From assembly GCA_045837725.1 (NCBI GenBank), contig JBEWZL010000289.1:62001-95649 (forward strand): a DNA stretch of 33,649 nucleotides, written 5' to 3'. The notes below the pieces were generated by a model. It worked only from the letters and a program-made list of their open reading frames with translations. It ran no database searches and was not told where the DNA came from. Source of the DNA: Vermamoeba vermiformis (lineage: Eukaryota). This document shows positions 1 to 13,800 of this stretch, in pieces (the first letter of the stretch is position 1; every line of letters starts with the position of its first letter). A program made the translations under genes and the position numbers.

Positions 1-1892
1 AATGGTCATAACTGCCGCAATCTGTTATAGAGATTGATCGTTAGTATGCACTCGATCATGACTATTCGTCAAATGAAAACACAAACCGAAAAGTAGATCG
101 TACCTTTTTACGGACAACTTTATCGCGGCTATTTCGCTCAGTTTTGCTTTCCTTCAATCGAGACATCAAATGCAACAAACGTCCTGCTGCGATCTAATTA
201 CAAATTAAAATTGAATAAAACGTTCAGTGAAGCGGATATTCAAGTACGTACGAGGAAGCCGATGGTAATAATTAACAGAGAAACGCCCACGATAATGTTG
301 CCAGCGGTGGTAGCACCACTACCAGGTCTTAAACCATCGATCAGTGCGCAGAGCATGAGTGAGAGACCTAGTCCTGCATCCAGACCCAGACAGCACCAGC
401 GGAGAATACGAGAAGCCCTTTCTTTCTGCTTCCAAATAGATGTCTCCAACCTATGATATTCGTCAGTCGGGTTCAATCGGTAGTCATTTGTAGATTCGTC
501 GATCCGACTTTGAGGCAAACGTTATCTTACCAAGCAACGACAACGATAGAGAATACTACGACTAACATAGTGTCGCCAGCGAATGAGACTAAAGAGTAGC
601 CCAAGCCCGTATAAATAACTTGGAAGTTGCGATAATCTACCGCGTACAGGACCAACCGAACTAAATTATAATTTAATTAATAATTCGTGCTAGCAGCGAT
701 TTACGTATCGTAATATTAATTTTATACGAAGTATATTATAGCTAATAAATTTTATGTACCGTGGATTTAAGATCGGTTGTACTTACGAATCGTCAGGATA
801 ATGACAGCTAAAATGGTAAGAAATGCCAACAACGTCTTCGAAGTAACTGGATAGTATTTAATGCGAAATGGAAGAAGAACGATGGCCCATAAGAACGAGA
901 GTCCAGACAGCAAGCAAGTAACAACGAGCTGTCCAGTGTATCTAGTTACGTGCGCATTCCATCCTTTCGTGGCTTTAGAAAATAGGGAGTTAGTACACCT
1001 ACATAATCTAGATGAAAGTTTAACGTTGCAAAAATTAATTAAATTTTCCATTTTCGGACTAATCGTGGATTTTCCTGTGCATTACGTTACTTATTGTCGG
1101 AGGACTGGACGAAAAGATTAAACGTCTCTATTAGTGGCTCGACAAACATACCGTCGTCCGGCGCAGCTAAAACATGAGCAGACATCCGAGCGATCTGAGC
1201 AGATCCTCCGTATTGGTTGAGAATTCCTTCATACGCTTGAATCTCCGTAAATATGAGGCTAGTAGTGCCCTCATAGAAGTATCCTGCTTCCCACTCTTGA
1301 TTCAATTGACTGTCGTTGCGGATTAAGATCACCGCAGCCAGAAGATTGTCTCGTTGAGCTGTAGCAGCCAATTGAAAATATCCGCAACCTCCAATAGTTA
1401 CGCTCCTTTGTGTTGCTCTAGTGACGTAAGTAATGCCGATTTTGCCTTCGGTTTGTTCGCGTGGATTTGCAATGGAGCAGCTGTTTTCAGCAACATCCAA
1501 CTCTGAGGAGAAATTATTCTTAGCATGTCGTATATGATTCTAATAAATATTTTATATTGAGCTATTTCGTAGTTTAATTTAATTTGCGTACAATTTCTTT
1601 TTGGTACACGCGCCACAAGAAATTAATTAATTATTGAAATGTGCACAAGCAGCTTTTAGTACTTACGTATTATGTCTGCAGTGAATTCGTCCTTCGCATT
1701 TGTAATAACTTTCGTGATCCAGCAATACGACGAGGGAAGTTCTATACTTTGGATTGTCGTGCCATTAATGAGCGTTAGATCCAGCAAAACGACATTTTTA
1801 GAGCCTGGAACTACTAAAGTCGTATATACAAAGCTCTGGAAACAAGCTAACCCTATTACAGCCACAAACAAGATCCGTTGCGCTAGACGCAT
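1..1892 (-). CDS. Multi-exon membrane protein: signal peptide, PA (protease-associated)-like ectodomain, several TM helices (7TM-receptor-like); 3' end runs off the window
   Basis: ATG at 1892 (MRLAQRILFVAVIGLAC). Minus-strand ORFs 1656-1901, 1087-1500, 767-1051 and 240-518 end near GTAAG/GTAAC/GTAC-type donors. GGCGYFQLAATAQRDNLLAAVILI resembles the PA-domain GxCxF...AQ..GA.AVII pattern. At least five hydrophobic helices follow (e.g. LVVTCLLSGLSFLWAIVLL, TLLAFLTILAVIILTI, IIVGVSLLIITIGFLV). Confidence 0.65.
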
Positions 1893-2880
1893 TTGTAGCA
1901 AGCTGATCTAGAGTAATTTGGGTTAATTTTGAAGAAGCAGCTATGTTACCAACTAAAAATACTTTTAAAAACTAGTGGTACGTAAAACAGAAACTATGAG
2001 GAATCGCTAAATTAGGAAGCAATTTGCACAGAGATTTTGTACCTCGTGTTGCGTGGTACTTTGTTATTTAAAACATGACCTTCGACGTACACTTTAGCAG
2101 ATTAACAAGGACAAGCTGGCTCCAAGCCGATAACCAGGGCAAACACCAGTAACGTTCTCATCTGATTTGGTTGCAACGGCTAATTGATTTGAATCATTGT
2201 GGCTTACTAGGCAATCAGTATACTACGCATATAAGTGGTTAGTGTTCGTACAATTTTGCCGTCTAAACAAAAATAATGGAATCGTAGATGTCGCTACATG
2301 CATTCTAATCACTAATTTTAATCTTAAAATAATTTAAATATTATTATAATACGCAGTTCCATGAAATCTTTGAAAATGGGGTGAATCTGAACAAAATTAT
2401 ATGAAATAATTCTCTATCGAAAGCTAATATGAAAAGACTTAATAATTACTTTACCTGCTACTTCAATCACTGCTCGGAAATGCAGCATTTCACTAGATTT
2501 TGAGACGGAGTGGCCGGGATGTTTCGCAATCCGCTTTGACATTCAACGAAACATATCCGCTAATCCTTTTTCGAAGATGGTAGAAGCTTTCAGATTCTAT
2601 TGCTCTTCTATTGCATATTTAGCGGTTGATTCACAAATAAACGCGGAGCGCTCGGTGTTTTGAATATTTTTGGAAGCATCCTCCTCCAGAAAAAAACCAA
2701 AAAATAATAAAACGTTAACACTTGGAAGAAATAAGTAATTATTTGCTCGGACCATCTCCGACCACGTGCATATTAGCGTTAAAAATTAAATTTTTAATCT
2801 AGAAGATTTCCTTTTTTCATGAGCGCTAGGATTTGACACCACATCTCCCATCCGACAAATAATATTTGTTAATTGTCACT

Positions 2881-4600
2881 ATGAACAACGTAGGCTTGCG
2901 CGTAGATTTTTATAGTTATTCGTGCAACTCGTGCCAGACCAGAAAAGTAAAATGCGATCGAAAATTACCCAGCTGCTCCACTTGCCTTAAATCAAAGATC
3001 GATTGTCAGTATGGAGGAAACAAAAAACGAGGAAGAAAATCAAAACGAGAAAAGCTCGAGATGCAGCAAGAAGTTGCCGATCTTACCGCCGAATTAAAAT
3101 TTACGAAATCACTAGCGAACGCTTGGAGCCAAGTCTTTACGGAATATAAGAGTCCTATAGAGCCCACTAAATTTGACGAGGGTACGGAAATATTTCTCAA
3201 GTTGCCGAGTGCGGGGAAGACAGTCCTTCAAACATATGAAGAAAATTTCAAAATAGTATTGCCTGGCTACGATCACTTCGCGTCAAACAAAGAGATCGCG
3301 GAGTTAGTATGGAACACGTCTCTAAGCACTCCTTCAGAATTTCAACTTTTATGGCTAAATTTGGAACTCGAAGATCTGGCAATTTTTATCGAGTACCTTT
3401 CTTCGTACCTTATCGGTAATATTGTTTGAGGTGTTGAATAACAAAAGCATTTACAATCGATTGATATTTAGGAGCGATGATCTTGGGATTCGATGAATTA
3501 GCGTCACATCTCGTTCGTCAAGTCAACAACATTATCTTCACAGCCCTTGTATTGAAGACACCAACAGAAATTCCGACAATTCAACACTCTAATGAAAGGA
3601 ATTGCCTTATATGGTTGTTATTTTCGTGCGCCGAAACTTGCGCCGATGTTACGCATCCTTTCCCGCATGGCGTACGAACTCTACACCAAGATGAACACAC
3701 CCAATTACGACTTAGAAGCTGTGTATGTTTATACTATATAATTTGACACAGAACAGATCTTAATTACATAATGTAGGTTATGCAGCAAGCTTGCAATGAG
3801 TAGCGATCCCGTCGCCCACGAAAGGTGGTTGGACAGAATTAAAACATTAGAAGCACAGGTAAATATAATGACATGACGATAACAAATACGTTGTCTCTGA
3901 TAACGGTGCTAACACCCTGATGGCAGGGCCTAAACGTGTTCACAAAGCACATTGTGTACACAGCACTCGGCATGAATTTGTTGAAGCTACCTGCCGAAGC
4001 ATTAGCCTTATCGTAAGTCTTGTGCATAGCCTTATTCTCTTCTAACGGTAGCATAATTTAGGGATGCGCAACGCCTCTTTGACGCAGCGGAAAGTGCTCT
4101 CGTACAAGTGCCGCAACGCACAGTTTTCGGCAGTGTGTTAGTCAAGGCGATGAAAGCAGAGCTATATATGAGACTAGGCAATCGAGACTTCTGTCATCAA
4201 GTTCTAGCTTCGATTGCTGCCGATCTGAACATGGCGAGTTACAATCTTCGCGTCGTTATCTCTCAGACACTACAGGTGCGTCAGTCCCATTAAACTTACC
4301 AACATTATCTAATCTTTTCGATAGTACCATGCAGTAGTCTCGTTAGATAATCAGCTGGTGCTGGGCCCGTGGCTGTACGATTTTATTTTGTCGGGAGTGC
4401 AACAACCGAATGCGCTCAGGTACATAAATGATCATAATAATTCAGAGTATAATAGCAGCGAACAAAATGACAGTGATGAAATCGACGGGACTTTTTCGTG
4501 GTCTTCAAGCGACATGAAAGAAGCTGACAGCTTTGTGTGGTCCGATCCCCAAACGGACTACAGCGTAACCGAGAATACAGAAATGGCCAGTTTATGGTAA
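2881..4600 (+). CDS. Zn(II)2Cys6 binuclear-cluster (GAL4-type) transcription factor, multi-exon
   Basis: CNSCQTRKVKCDRKLPSCSTCLKSKIDC fits Cx2Cx6Cx5Cx2Cx6C, followed by basic KKRGRK and a coiled coil. In-frame introns at 3416-3471, 3723-3776, 3859-3926, 4013-4061 and 4276-4324. Acidic C-terminal tail. One frame discontinuity near 3513-3567. Confidence 0.88.
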
Positions 4601-4782
4601 ACACTTTTTGACTTACCGTTTATCCTCGAAAACACATGAGCTTCAAACCGAATTGAAGCTCAAACCGTGCTGTTCGACTTAAGGAACCCCAGTGAGAAAA
4701 ATCTTCAATATCAAGAAAAGTACTTGTCTAGCTGAAAACAGCGATGTAAATAAAACAAAACGCGGGAGTGATTTATATAAAC

Positions 4783-6314
4783 TTAGAAGTTGATAACAAC
4801 CAAGCTGGCAACAACCAACAAGAAAGCAGGAACGACTGAACCAGCGCTGGATGAACCAGGGTTAGTCTCACCGTTGGCAGCGTTGTAAGCGGAGAAGGCA
4901 CGGTTCTCACGAGCAGCATCCTTGACGGAAGAGCTGGCATCCTTGCACTCGAAGACGTCGAGGTTGGGCTTGAGGATGTTTTGCTCGGCACTGCAGTAAG
5001 GGAAGTAGAACTTGCACAAGAAGGTCTTCAAGTCAGACTTGCAAGAGTCGGGGACGCTACCAACAGCGTTCATCATATCAACGGCGGAGTTGTAGGCGGT
5101 TTGAGTGAAAGAATCGACTTCCTCGAGGTGAAGGAGACCAGTGGTGGGGTAAGTAACGACGTCCGCGCAGAAAGTGATGTTGTACACGCATTGGCATTGG
5201 GAAGCAGCAGTGCAAGTAGCGGGGTAAGTAGTAGTGGTTTCGACGGCAGCGTTCTTGCAAACACCACTGCACTTGGCGTCGGGCAAGATTTGCTTGTTGG
5301 CGCTGACGGCAGCGATGTTCCAGAAGTCCAAAGTGGTCTTGACGGAGGATCCACCCAAGTTAACGTCGAAGACAGTGCGGCGCATTTGGTTGTTGGAGTC
5401 AACGTAGAAAGTGTAAGCGAAAGAGAAGTCTTGTTGAACGTTGCGCTCTATTAGTATGAAGATTAGCATCTCTTGTTTCGTATTTTCGCCGGAAAAATCT
5501 TACTCTTGGATCCGGAGTTGAAACCTGAGCTCCATGAGGCGGTGTATTCGCTGGTGGAAACAGAAGCACCGTTGACAGTGATGGAGACACCAGTGGACTT
5601 AAGGGTAGCAAAAGGAGGCAAAGAGATGATGGGCATCTGGATCGTTCGTTAGTGCCAAGTTTTTGGTATGCAAGTCATTATTATGATTACCTCAGTTGAA
5701 CCTTCGATGGCATTGCATTCGCAAGCGTTGGAGTCCCAAGTGTAGTTCTTGTTCTATTGAAACAGGAGATTAATTCAAGCGGTTCACAAAGCAGATCAAA
5801 CAAAGATTATAAACTAAAGCACGTAATGATTATGATGAATGTTGAATATTATTAATTCAATGATGATTACGATTTTAGGGCTCAAATAAACTAAATTCTT
5901 ACCAAGTCGTAGTAGACCAAGTTGGAGGCATCGAGAGGAGAATCGATTTCCATACCGCTAACAGAGAGAACAAATCGCTTGGCAGTTTGGAGCCAGATGT
6001 TGTTGGGGACATCAGCTTCGATGTTGCCGTAGACGGAGGTGGTCAGACTGCTAGATTGACGCTTGGCAAGCTCGTTTTGGACTTCCTTGGGGAGGAGAGA
6101 CTCTTGGCCAGAGAGTTCAATAGCACGCTTGGCGGAGAAGCCACCAAACTCGAAGGTGAAAGAGTAGTCGGAAGTGAATCGATCACTGCTATAATAAGTC
6201 GTTAGTAAGGGCAACAGGATGGTTCGGATCGGGTTTATCCACTTACAGAGTAGCAGGAGCTTGAGCAGCAATGTAAGCAGCGAAGCAAACGAGTACGATA
6301 ACAGCGATTTTCAT
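4783..6314 (-). CDS. Secreted, probably GPI-anchored protein: beta-rich (ependymin-like?) N-domain plus C-terminal Frizzled-CRD-like cysteine-rich domain
   Basis: Exons 6314-6247, 6188-5903, 5753-5691, 5636-5504 and 5447-4783 splice in frame. Signal peptide MKIAVIVLVCFAAYIAA. SCKSDLKTFLCKFYFPYC matches the Fz-CRD C...L..FLC..YFPxC pattern. Terminal SSSAGSVVPAFLLVVASLVVINF is a typical GPI signal. Strong C-ending codon bias. Confidence 0.8.
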
Positions 6315-7816
6315 TATGTTAGATGAGCTTTCTTTGTCTTGTTGCAATCTGTTCGACAACGAATGAATAGAATGGTGGATCAAGCGGCCTTTTATCTTTT
6401 TGCCTAAATCACACGAACATAAATATTAGTGCTAACTGTCTCCTAACCTGCAATACAAGAATTCACACCAACATGAAAAACGAGTGCAATGTCACAAGTT
6501 TCGATACTGGTGTGCAAAACAAATCACAAACGCACGAAAATTATGCGCAGTCCTTAACCGCCCCGTTCGATTGTAACTTACGTGATTGAGCTATGGTTCT
6601 TCGGGTGCATCCCTACATGCCAAGTGCTAAATATGTGCCTTTTGATCTATCAGCCAACGAGTGATCCCACCCGACAGGCCTAGCATCGTGATCAGAAAGA
6701 TCCATTTCTGAAATGTTTCGAGCTTCGGCTTGCGACATGAAATACTTCAATATTTAGTTGTTTAGCGTCGCGCTGATTTTCCTGCAACAGTTACAAGGTA
6801 CAAGGTAAGCGTCGTTAAAAGATTTTTAATGAAATAAATAAATCTATTGCCTGCGACAAATGGAGTATTATCAAATTATATTTAAGTTTGGTATGGGGAT
6901 TAAATTAACAATAATTGAATTTTAGACCAAAAGATTTGAAATCTGGTGTAATTGTTTTTTTGGCACGTAATTAGCATTTCGCAATTAAGAATATTCTAAA
7001 TTAAACGTATTATTACTCACGTTGAAAGTTTTAGTATGAAGATTTTTTGATCAAAAAATTACCCGTACTGATCTGAATAATCTGATGTCCAGGCAGGAAG
7101 CAAAAGCGCTTATAATGTTATCATCCAAATTGACCCATACGTAACTAAGTTGTATTACAAAAACAAACTGACTTCTACACGCGCTGAACATTTTTAAATT
7201 AATCGATCTTTTCCTCGTGCGCAACCACACCTAACCATTACTACTGAACAAGACTCAGCTGCCCTCAAACCAAGCTTGCGTTCAATATTGAACGCAAAAG
7301 GGTCCGAATATACAATGACGGACTGTTGTTGATCGAGCAGGCTTACTCAAAAATAATGTTATAACGTCTGATATTATTACAGTAATAATTATCCAAATAT
7401 TATTTCGATTTATGGTGAGCAACGAAAGGGAACAAATTTATTTCACCCAAATGAATAAGCAACGAATAGCCAAGAAATCTAATTGACTACGTAAGCTATT
7501 TAAGCAGCAAGATATTTCTGTGTTTAAATTATTAACGTAATAATTCAGGTCCTTTAATCAGCTGAATTACAAGTTGCAACAACGAGCAGCATCTGCACCG
7601 CCGCAAGTAACACGGCGGTGAGGCAACTGCGATTTCGTGTCATTACACGTGCATTAATATTATCTCGGCCATAATTCTCCGCTCGCTACATAGTCCATGA
7701 TTTCGCCATTATTGGTAACTAACTGGATTAAGCAATCCACCAACGGAAGAATTTTTGCCATTTCAAGTTCAACATTGTTCAAGTCGTTCGAAGTGGGAAT
7801 TTAATTAAATTTCAAA

Positions 7817-10800
7817 ATGAAAGCCAAGACATGGCTCCTAATATTAATATTGGCTGCCACCGCACTTCAGTTCGTTGCATCTCAGCTTGTAAACGGCGTT
7901 GACTGGTCCACTTGCCCCTATTCATGTAAGTCTTAACCAATACGGAATCAACATCGATAGTTGTTTGGCAAGTCGATCAATTATTGATCTATTTGACACC
8001 AGCGCGACCAACACCGCTCGCTCGAACTGCATCTGTAGCAATCCCACCGACTTTTGTTTCAGAGATTCGTAATATCTTTCCCGAGGGCAAGACACCAAAC
8101 TCACTCTTAGTTAACCCTGATAACGATGCATTCATTATTATTGAAAGTGTAAGTGACAAAATGTTCCGTGAATCTGATTAATTTGTCTTATTAACACGAG
8201 ATAATTTGATTAGGCAAGCAATGTTACATTCACATTCATACTTGAAGGTGCTGATTATAGAAATCAATTCGGATACTTCATTTTTGATCCCTCTACGAGG
8301 ACTGTAAATCCAAATCCTGGATACGTACCAATTTTTCCGGATGTCTCTACTAGTTCAAGAATGGGAGCCAACGGTAATATTTTTCGACTTATATTGTAGA
8401 GCGATAAGACTAAGACTCGAATTAGGTTGCCTGTTCTCTGGAGTTACTGTAACTGTTGGACCGTTCCCGGCCGCTACCATTATCGGATTCTGGGTTCGTG
8501 CTGATGGCTACAGCAATCCTAGCAACGCAGACACATGGTCCAGTTACACGACCGATGTTCTTACAAACGTAGATGGCTGCCGTCATATTGCGTGGACCAA
8601 AATCAATGGTCAAGTCGTCATCGGATTCGAAGATCTTCGTGGTCTCGGAGATATGGATTATAACGATGGTAAATATAATATCTTATTGCTAATTATAATT
8701 ATCGTGCTGACGCTTCTTAGTTATGTTCTACTTCACTACCGACGGCAATTTTACAGCCAGTCCTGGTCTCGTCGAAGTCGTCAATGGAACACTTCAAGGT
8801 TGCGTGCGCAGCGATTTGCGCATATCTACTTCGTACCAATGCACTCAATTCGCCATTTTGGATGCTTCTAGCTCCTTGGCGTGTCAAGGTTTCATCAAAG
8901 TGCCTGATACCTGGATCCTTGCTCCCAACGACGCCACTACCCGAAGCGCTGTATTGAACAATCCTTCGCTTTTCACAAACCCTGACGGCAGCAGTATTTG
9001 CATGGTACTAGCGGACGGCACATCTGTCAACAATCAATGGAGTCCCTGTGCTGCGAACACACCTCCGCAAGTCTTCTCCAAAGACGGCACTTGTTTTTAT
9101 GTTGGATGCGAGAGAAAACTGTTGATCAAGGGCACAACATCAACTTCCTCGTGCACTGGTCAACGTGATCTGTTGTGCAACCCTACAGTTGCCTCAAGCA
9201 TTCTTTCGAGCTTCCCCGACAGCTACACTTCCGGCATGTCGATCTTCCCTCAAAGCTGGACCGTTTACTTGAGCGATGTGCTCGCAGGCAGTGCGTCAGT
9301 TAACTTCAGCTTGGCTACCTTGCCACAACCCGCTCAACGATTTGACGTGATGGTCTTGTTGGATTCTAACAACATGCTCTCGAGCGACTTCGACACGGCG
9401 AAGAATCAAATCCCAAATTTATACACCTTGCTCAACAACAAATTTGCCCGCCCTCCAAATGTTGGTTTCGCGATCCACACGCAACTCTCTTCAAGCACAT
9501 ACAGATTGGACATTTTAAGCCGTCTGACCAACGACGTCAGTCAATTGACTACTGCTGTTCGCAATGTTCCTTCACTGAGCAGCACGACTCGTTTGGGCAA
9601 CAGTCAACTCATTCAAAGTGTCCAAGCCCTCGCTTCTGACAACACTATTGGCTGGCGTGGCGGCAACGTGTTTGGAGCTATCATTGTCGTTACTGTGTCT
9701 GCTCAACAGCGTAACTCAACCCTCAGTACAAGCTTGAAGAATGCCTTGTATGGAACTGGAATTACTCCGATTTATATTGTCCCGTCAATGGGCGATAATC
9801 CATTCAATGCCTACAATAGCTTCACGAACACCACGCTAAAAATGGGATGGAGTTACCAGTCCGCTACTTATCTGTGGTCTGCTACTGCGCTCCTTGGTCT
9901 TGACTCGTACAGCAACTCTATTCGATTCTATCCCGCGTCTGTAGCCTCCAATCCATTCTGGGACAACGTTCCATCACCGACAACTAGTAGTGAGGCGTGT
10001 GTCAACTCGTTGTGCCCCTTCACAGGTTTCACCGTCACCTACCCCGCCGACAGACCGGTTGGTTCTTTCTCGTTCCCTCTCGTGGCTTCGTTGAATATTC
10101 CTGGTGTTGGTGTGGCAAAGGTTAATATCCTGAGCGACGAAGCACCCATTGTCGTAGATCCGTTCTTTGTGTTAAATGAAGACGCAACGCGACAATTCAG
10201 TTTGAAGGATTTTGCCAGCGACAAGGATGGAAACTCAGTGCGCGTGATCTTCGTTGAACTTCCTCAGGGTCAGATCATTGCTGATGATGCTTACGCAACA
10301 TTGGTCAATAGCTACGACATTTCAACAGCGTTCAGTTACACCCCGCCTCCAAACTATTCTGGTCAAGAGACGGCTCTCTTTCGCGTGACTGACGGCTGCA
10401 AGAGCTCGACAATGGGTACGATCACCTTCGCGGTCAATCCCATCAATGACCCTCCCACCGCTGCAAGCGCAAGCTTCACCATCGATCAAGGCACTTCTGT
10501 AGACGTTGATCTGAGCACGCTAATCGCCGATGTCGAAGACCCCACCTCGTCTTTGGTTGTAATGCTAAAGACCTTGCCCAAGAACAGCACCTTGTTCCAA
10601 GCAGTCTCCAGTCAATTCGTTGCAGTCACTGCGAGTGAAGTGGCAATATCAACGATCGTTAGACTCATACCTCAGAGCAAGTGGTTTGGCAACACGTCCT
10701 TCACTTACTATGTGCGCGACTCAGCTGGTCAGCTCTCAACTGTTGGTACGATCAGCGTTCAAGTCAATCCTACCACCCCTGTCCTCCCTGTCAACCATCC

Positions 10801-13800
10801 GCCTGTTTGCTTCGACGTGCTTCTGACTGGCGAAGAGAACTCGACACTGACTTTAGACACCATTGGCGGACGAGATGTTGATGGCTCACCGATCTCAATC
10901 ACAATCCAAAATGTCACAACCATTGGTGGTGATCTGATGATGGGCGACCAGATCATCACATTGCCAATGACAGTCGAGGCAGGCTCTTTGGTAACATTCT
11001 CGCCTGTTGCGGATGTAAACGGCATGGTGGCAACAATCGCTTACGTGGTTAGTGATGGCACTCTGACATCGGATCCTTGCACTGCCATGATCTTCTTAAT
11101 CGCTGCAAACACTTCTTTGAGTGTGACGGCGGTTAATAATGGGGAGTTCACGCTCTCCGAGGGTTCAGAAATCTCCGTCAACTTTGATGAATACATCTTC
11201 TCCGACGGTCCTACTACGGTTGTTCTCGCGTCACTTCCCGCCAATGGCCAGTTGATCTCTGGTGATGGCGTAGTCGCTGTCGGAACGTCCTTTATGGCCA
11301 ACAAAACCTTCACTTACGTGCCCAATCAGTACTACAACGGCAACGACGCCTTTGATTGGTACGTTCTGGATAATGTCAATGCACGAGAAGACGCCTCGTT
11401 CAGCTTTATCATCACTCCTGTCAATACTCCTCCCTTATCCTCGAGTATCGTCATTTCGACTTACCGTGGCTCACCCGCTCGAATCTCCAACTTTGCAGTA
11501 GAGGATCCCGATACTCAATTGGCTAGCATGTCTTTGATCTTGTTGGCTAGCAATGGCATGGGCACACTTAGTGACGGATCCAAGTCACCCGTGTCATTTC
11601 CTCAAACATTCCCGTACGGTGATTGGAGCTTCTTATGGACTGCACCTGATGATATCCCTTACTACACTACCACAACAACTGTGGCCACTTATTCATTCCA
11701 GCTCAATGATGGTATCGACAACAGTCCTGTTTACACTATCACGGTCAACTTGCTCTACTCAAATTATCCTCCCACTGGAGCTGACTCCGTTACAATGACA
11801 CCTGAGGACACTCCTGCGCTGATCGTGTTGCAAGCTCGCGACTACGAGTCTGCACCGGAGAATTTGCGATTAGTAGTTGTATCGGCCTCTGGCAACGGCA
11901 ATTTTTATCTCGACGGCTCTTTCTCTCAGTTGGTTGTCGCCGGATCTCAATTGCCCGGCAAGCAAATGTGGTTCGTGCCCGCTCCTGGCACATACAGTAC
12001 GGACAGTCCTGCAGCCACATTCTCATACTTCATTGTGGACGAAGGAAGTCAACTCAGCCCCGTCTACGAAGGTTTCATCTACGTCAACCAAAGCGCCGAC
12101 CTCCCGCGTTACAGTGGTGCATTGAGCTTTGATGTGTTTGAAGACAGCGTGCTTACCATGCAGTTTGACGACCAGGTTGCCTACGCGAACGGAACTCAAG
12201 CCGCGACAACAATGACTGTGGTTGACGGAGTTTACAAAGGTCAGCTCTATGAATGCGCTGACAACGTCGATCCCTGCCAGAAGATAATTATCACAGCCGG
12301 TAGTGTGGTGCTCAATGCTGACAAGAAGTTGTTCTTCGTGCCCAACCCGAACGAGAACGGCATCGCCTACGCGGCGTTCGCTTTCACTTTGACTAATGGA
12401 GATGGAGTTACCAAGCCCTACGTCGTTATCATCAATGTCATTCCTATCAACGATGCTCCTGTGATCAGTGCCGACTATCCTACCATGCCTGATCGTGTGG
12501 TGTTCGACGAGGACACAGAGTACATCTTCTCATGGACAGCTACTGACGTTGATTCTCCCGGTGCCAATATTAGCGTTAAGATCACTTCTACACTCCCAGA
12601 AAATGCCCAAATCTTCGTTTGCACAAGCTACACTAATGGCAAGTGCGTGAAAGGAGACGAGCTCACGCCTCCTGTCTATGTTCCCTACATCGCAGCAGGC
12701 TTTTGGGCAGTGGCTTACGTACCTAATCCAAACGCATACGATGCTCACAACTTTGGTTGGTTCAATTTGGTTGCCGAAGACGACACTGGTCTGCGCTCTC
12801 CGCCAGTTCGAACATTGATTCAAGTGCTTCCAATCAACGACCCGCCAACTATCTTCGCTCAATACGTGACTCGCGCAGCTTACCTGGATGAATCTGGTAT
12901 CCCTACTGTTGCACTCTACGAAGTTGTGATCGACGATATCGATGCTGGCAGAAACAACTTGTTGGTGAACATTACCAGCACAGCCGGCAGCAATGTCACC
13001 ATCGATTACGATGGTGCTTTTGAAGACAAGGTCGTCAATGGTCGTGTCATTCCCGCTCGTTGCTCTAGAATCACTGACGACAATGGCTTTGATGGAGTTT
13101 CATGCCTCGACTCGAAAGAATACATTAACGAAATCCTCTTGAAATCCACGAGAATTCAGCTTGAATCCTCTACGCAATCGTACCAGATCTACATCTATGT
13201 GAACGACTTGGGTTCGACAGACAAAGAGGACAGACCAATGGAAAGTTCCTTAATTTTGATGGCCAGTCTCGAATCTAGCTTGATCCTTGCGGTGACAAAT
13301 TCTACCAACGACACTTCTTTGACGGTCACTTTGTCGGTGTCTGGTGGTGTTTCTGTGGTTGTGCTGATTTTAAGCGTTGTTCTATTCTCGTGCAAAGGCA
13401 ACGGGGATAAGATTGACACCTACTTTGAAGGAATTGCCCACAGCAATCCTAATGGCAACGGCGAACAACCGTCCACTGATCCTGTTGTCGAACCTACGAT
13501 TGAAGGAGCAGGCCACGGAAACCGTTCTCACTTCCCAGTCTTCGGTGTACTTGCCGCAGCGGCAGCCAAGAAGGAGAAGATTCTCTACGTGCCAGCAGTA
13601 CCCTCTGATACTACACAACCCGACTATTTGGCTACCATTGACGTGGATCCAATGTCACCTACTTACTGTCAAGTCATTCATCGCTTGCGCGCTCCGACTG
13701 CAGGTGATCAGCTGCGTCGCATCAACTGGAACGTCAACACGTTGAAGAATAGAAAGTACTTGATTGCTCCTGGAATGAAGTCAGGCAATATTCATGTAAT

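Noticed and set aside
4981-5454. Plus-strand 157-aa ORF (also 5987-6205)
   Set aside because: Antisense shadow of a codon-biased minus-strand gene.
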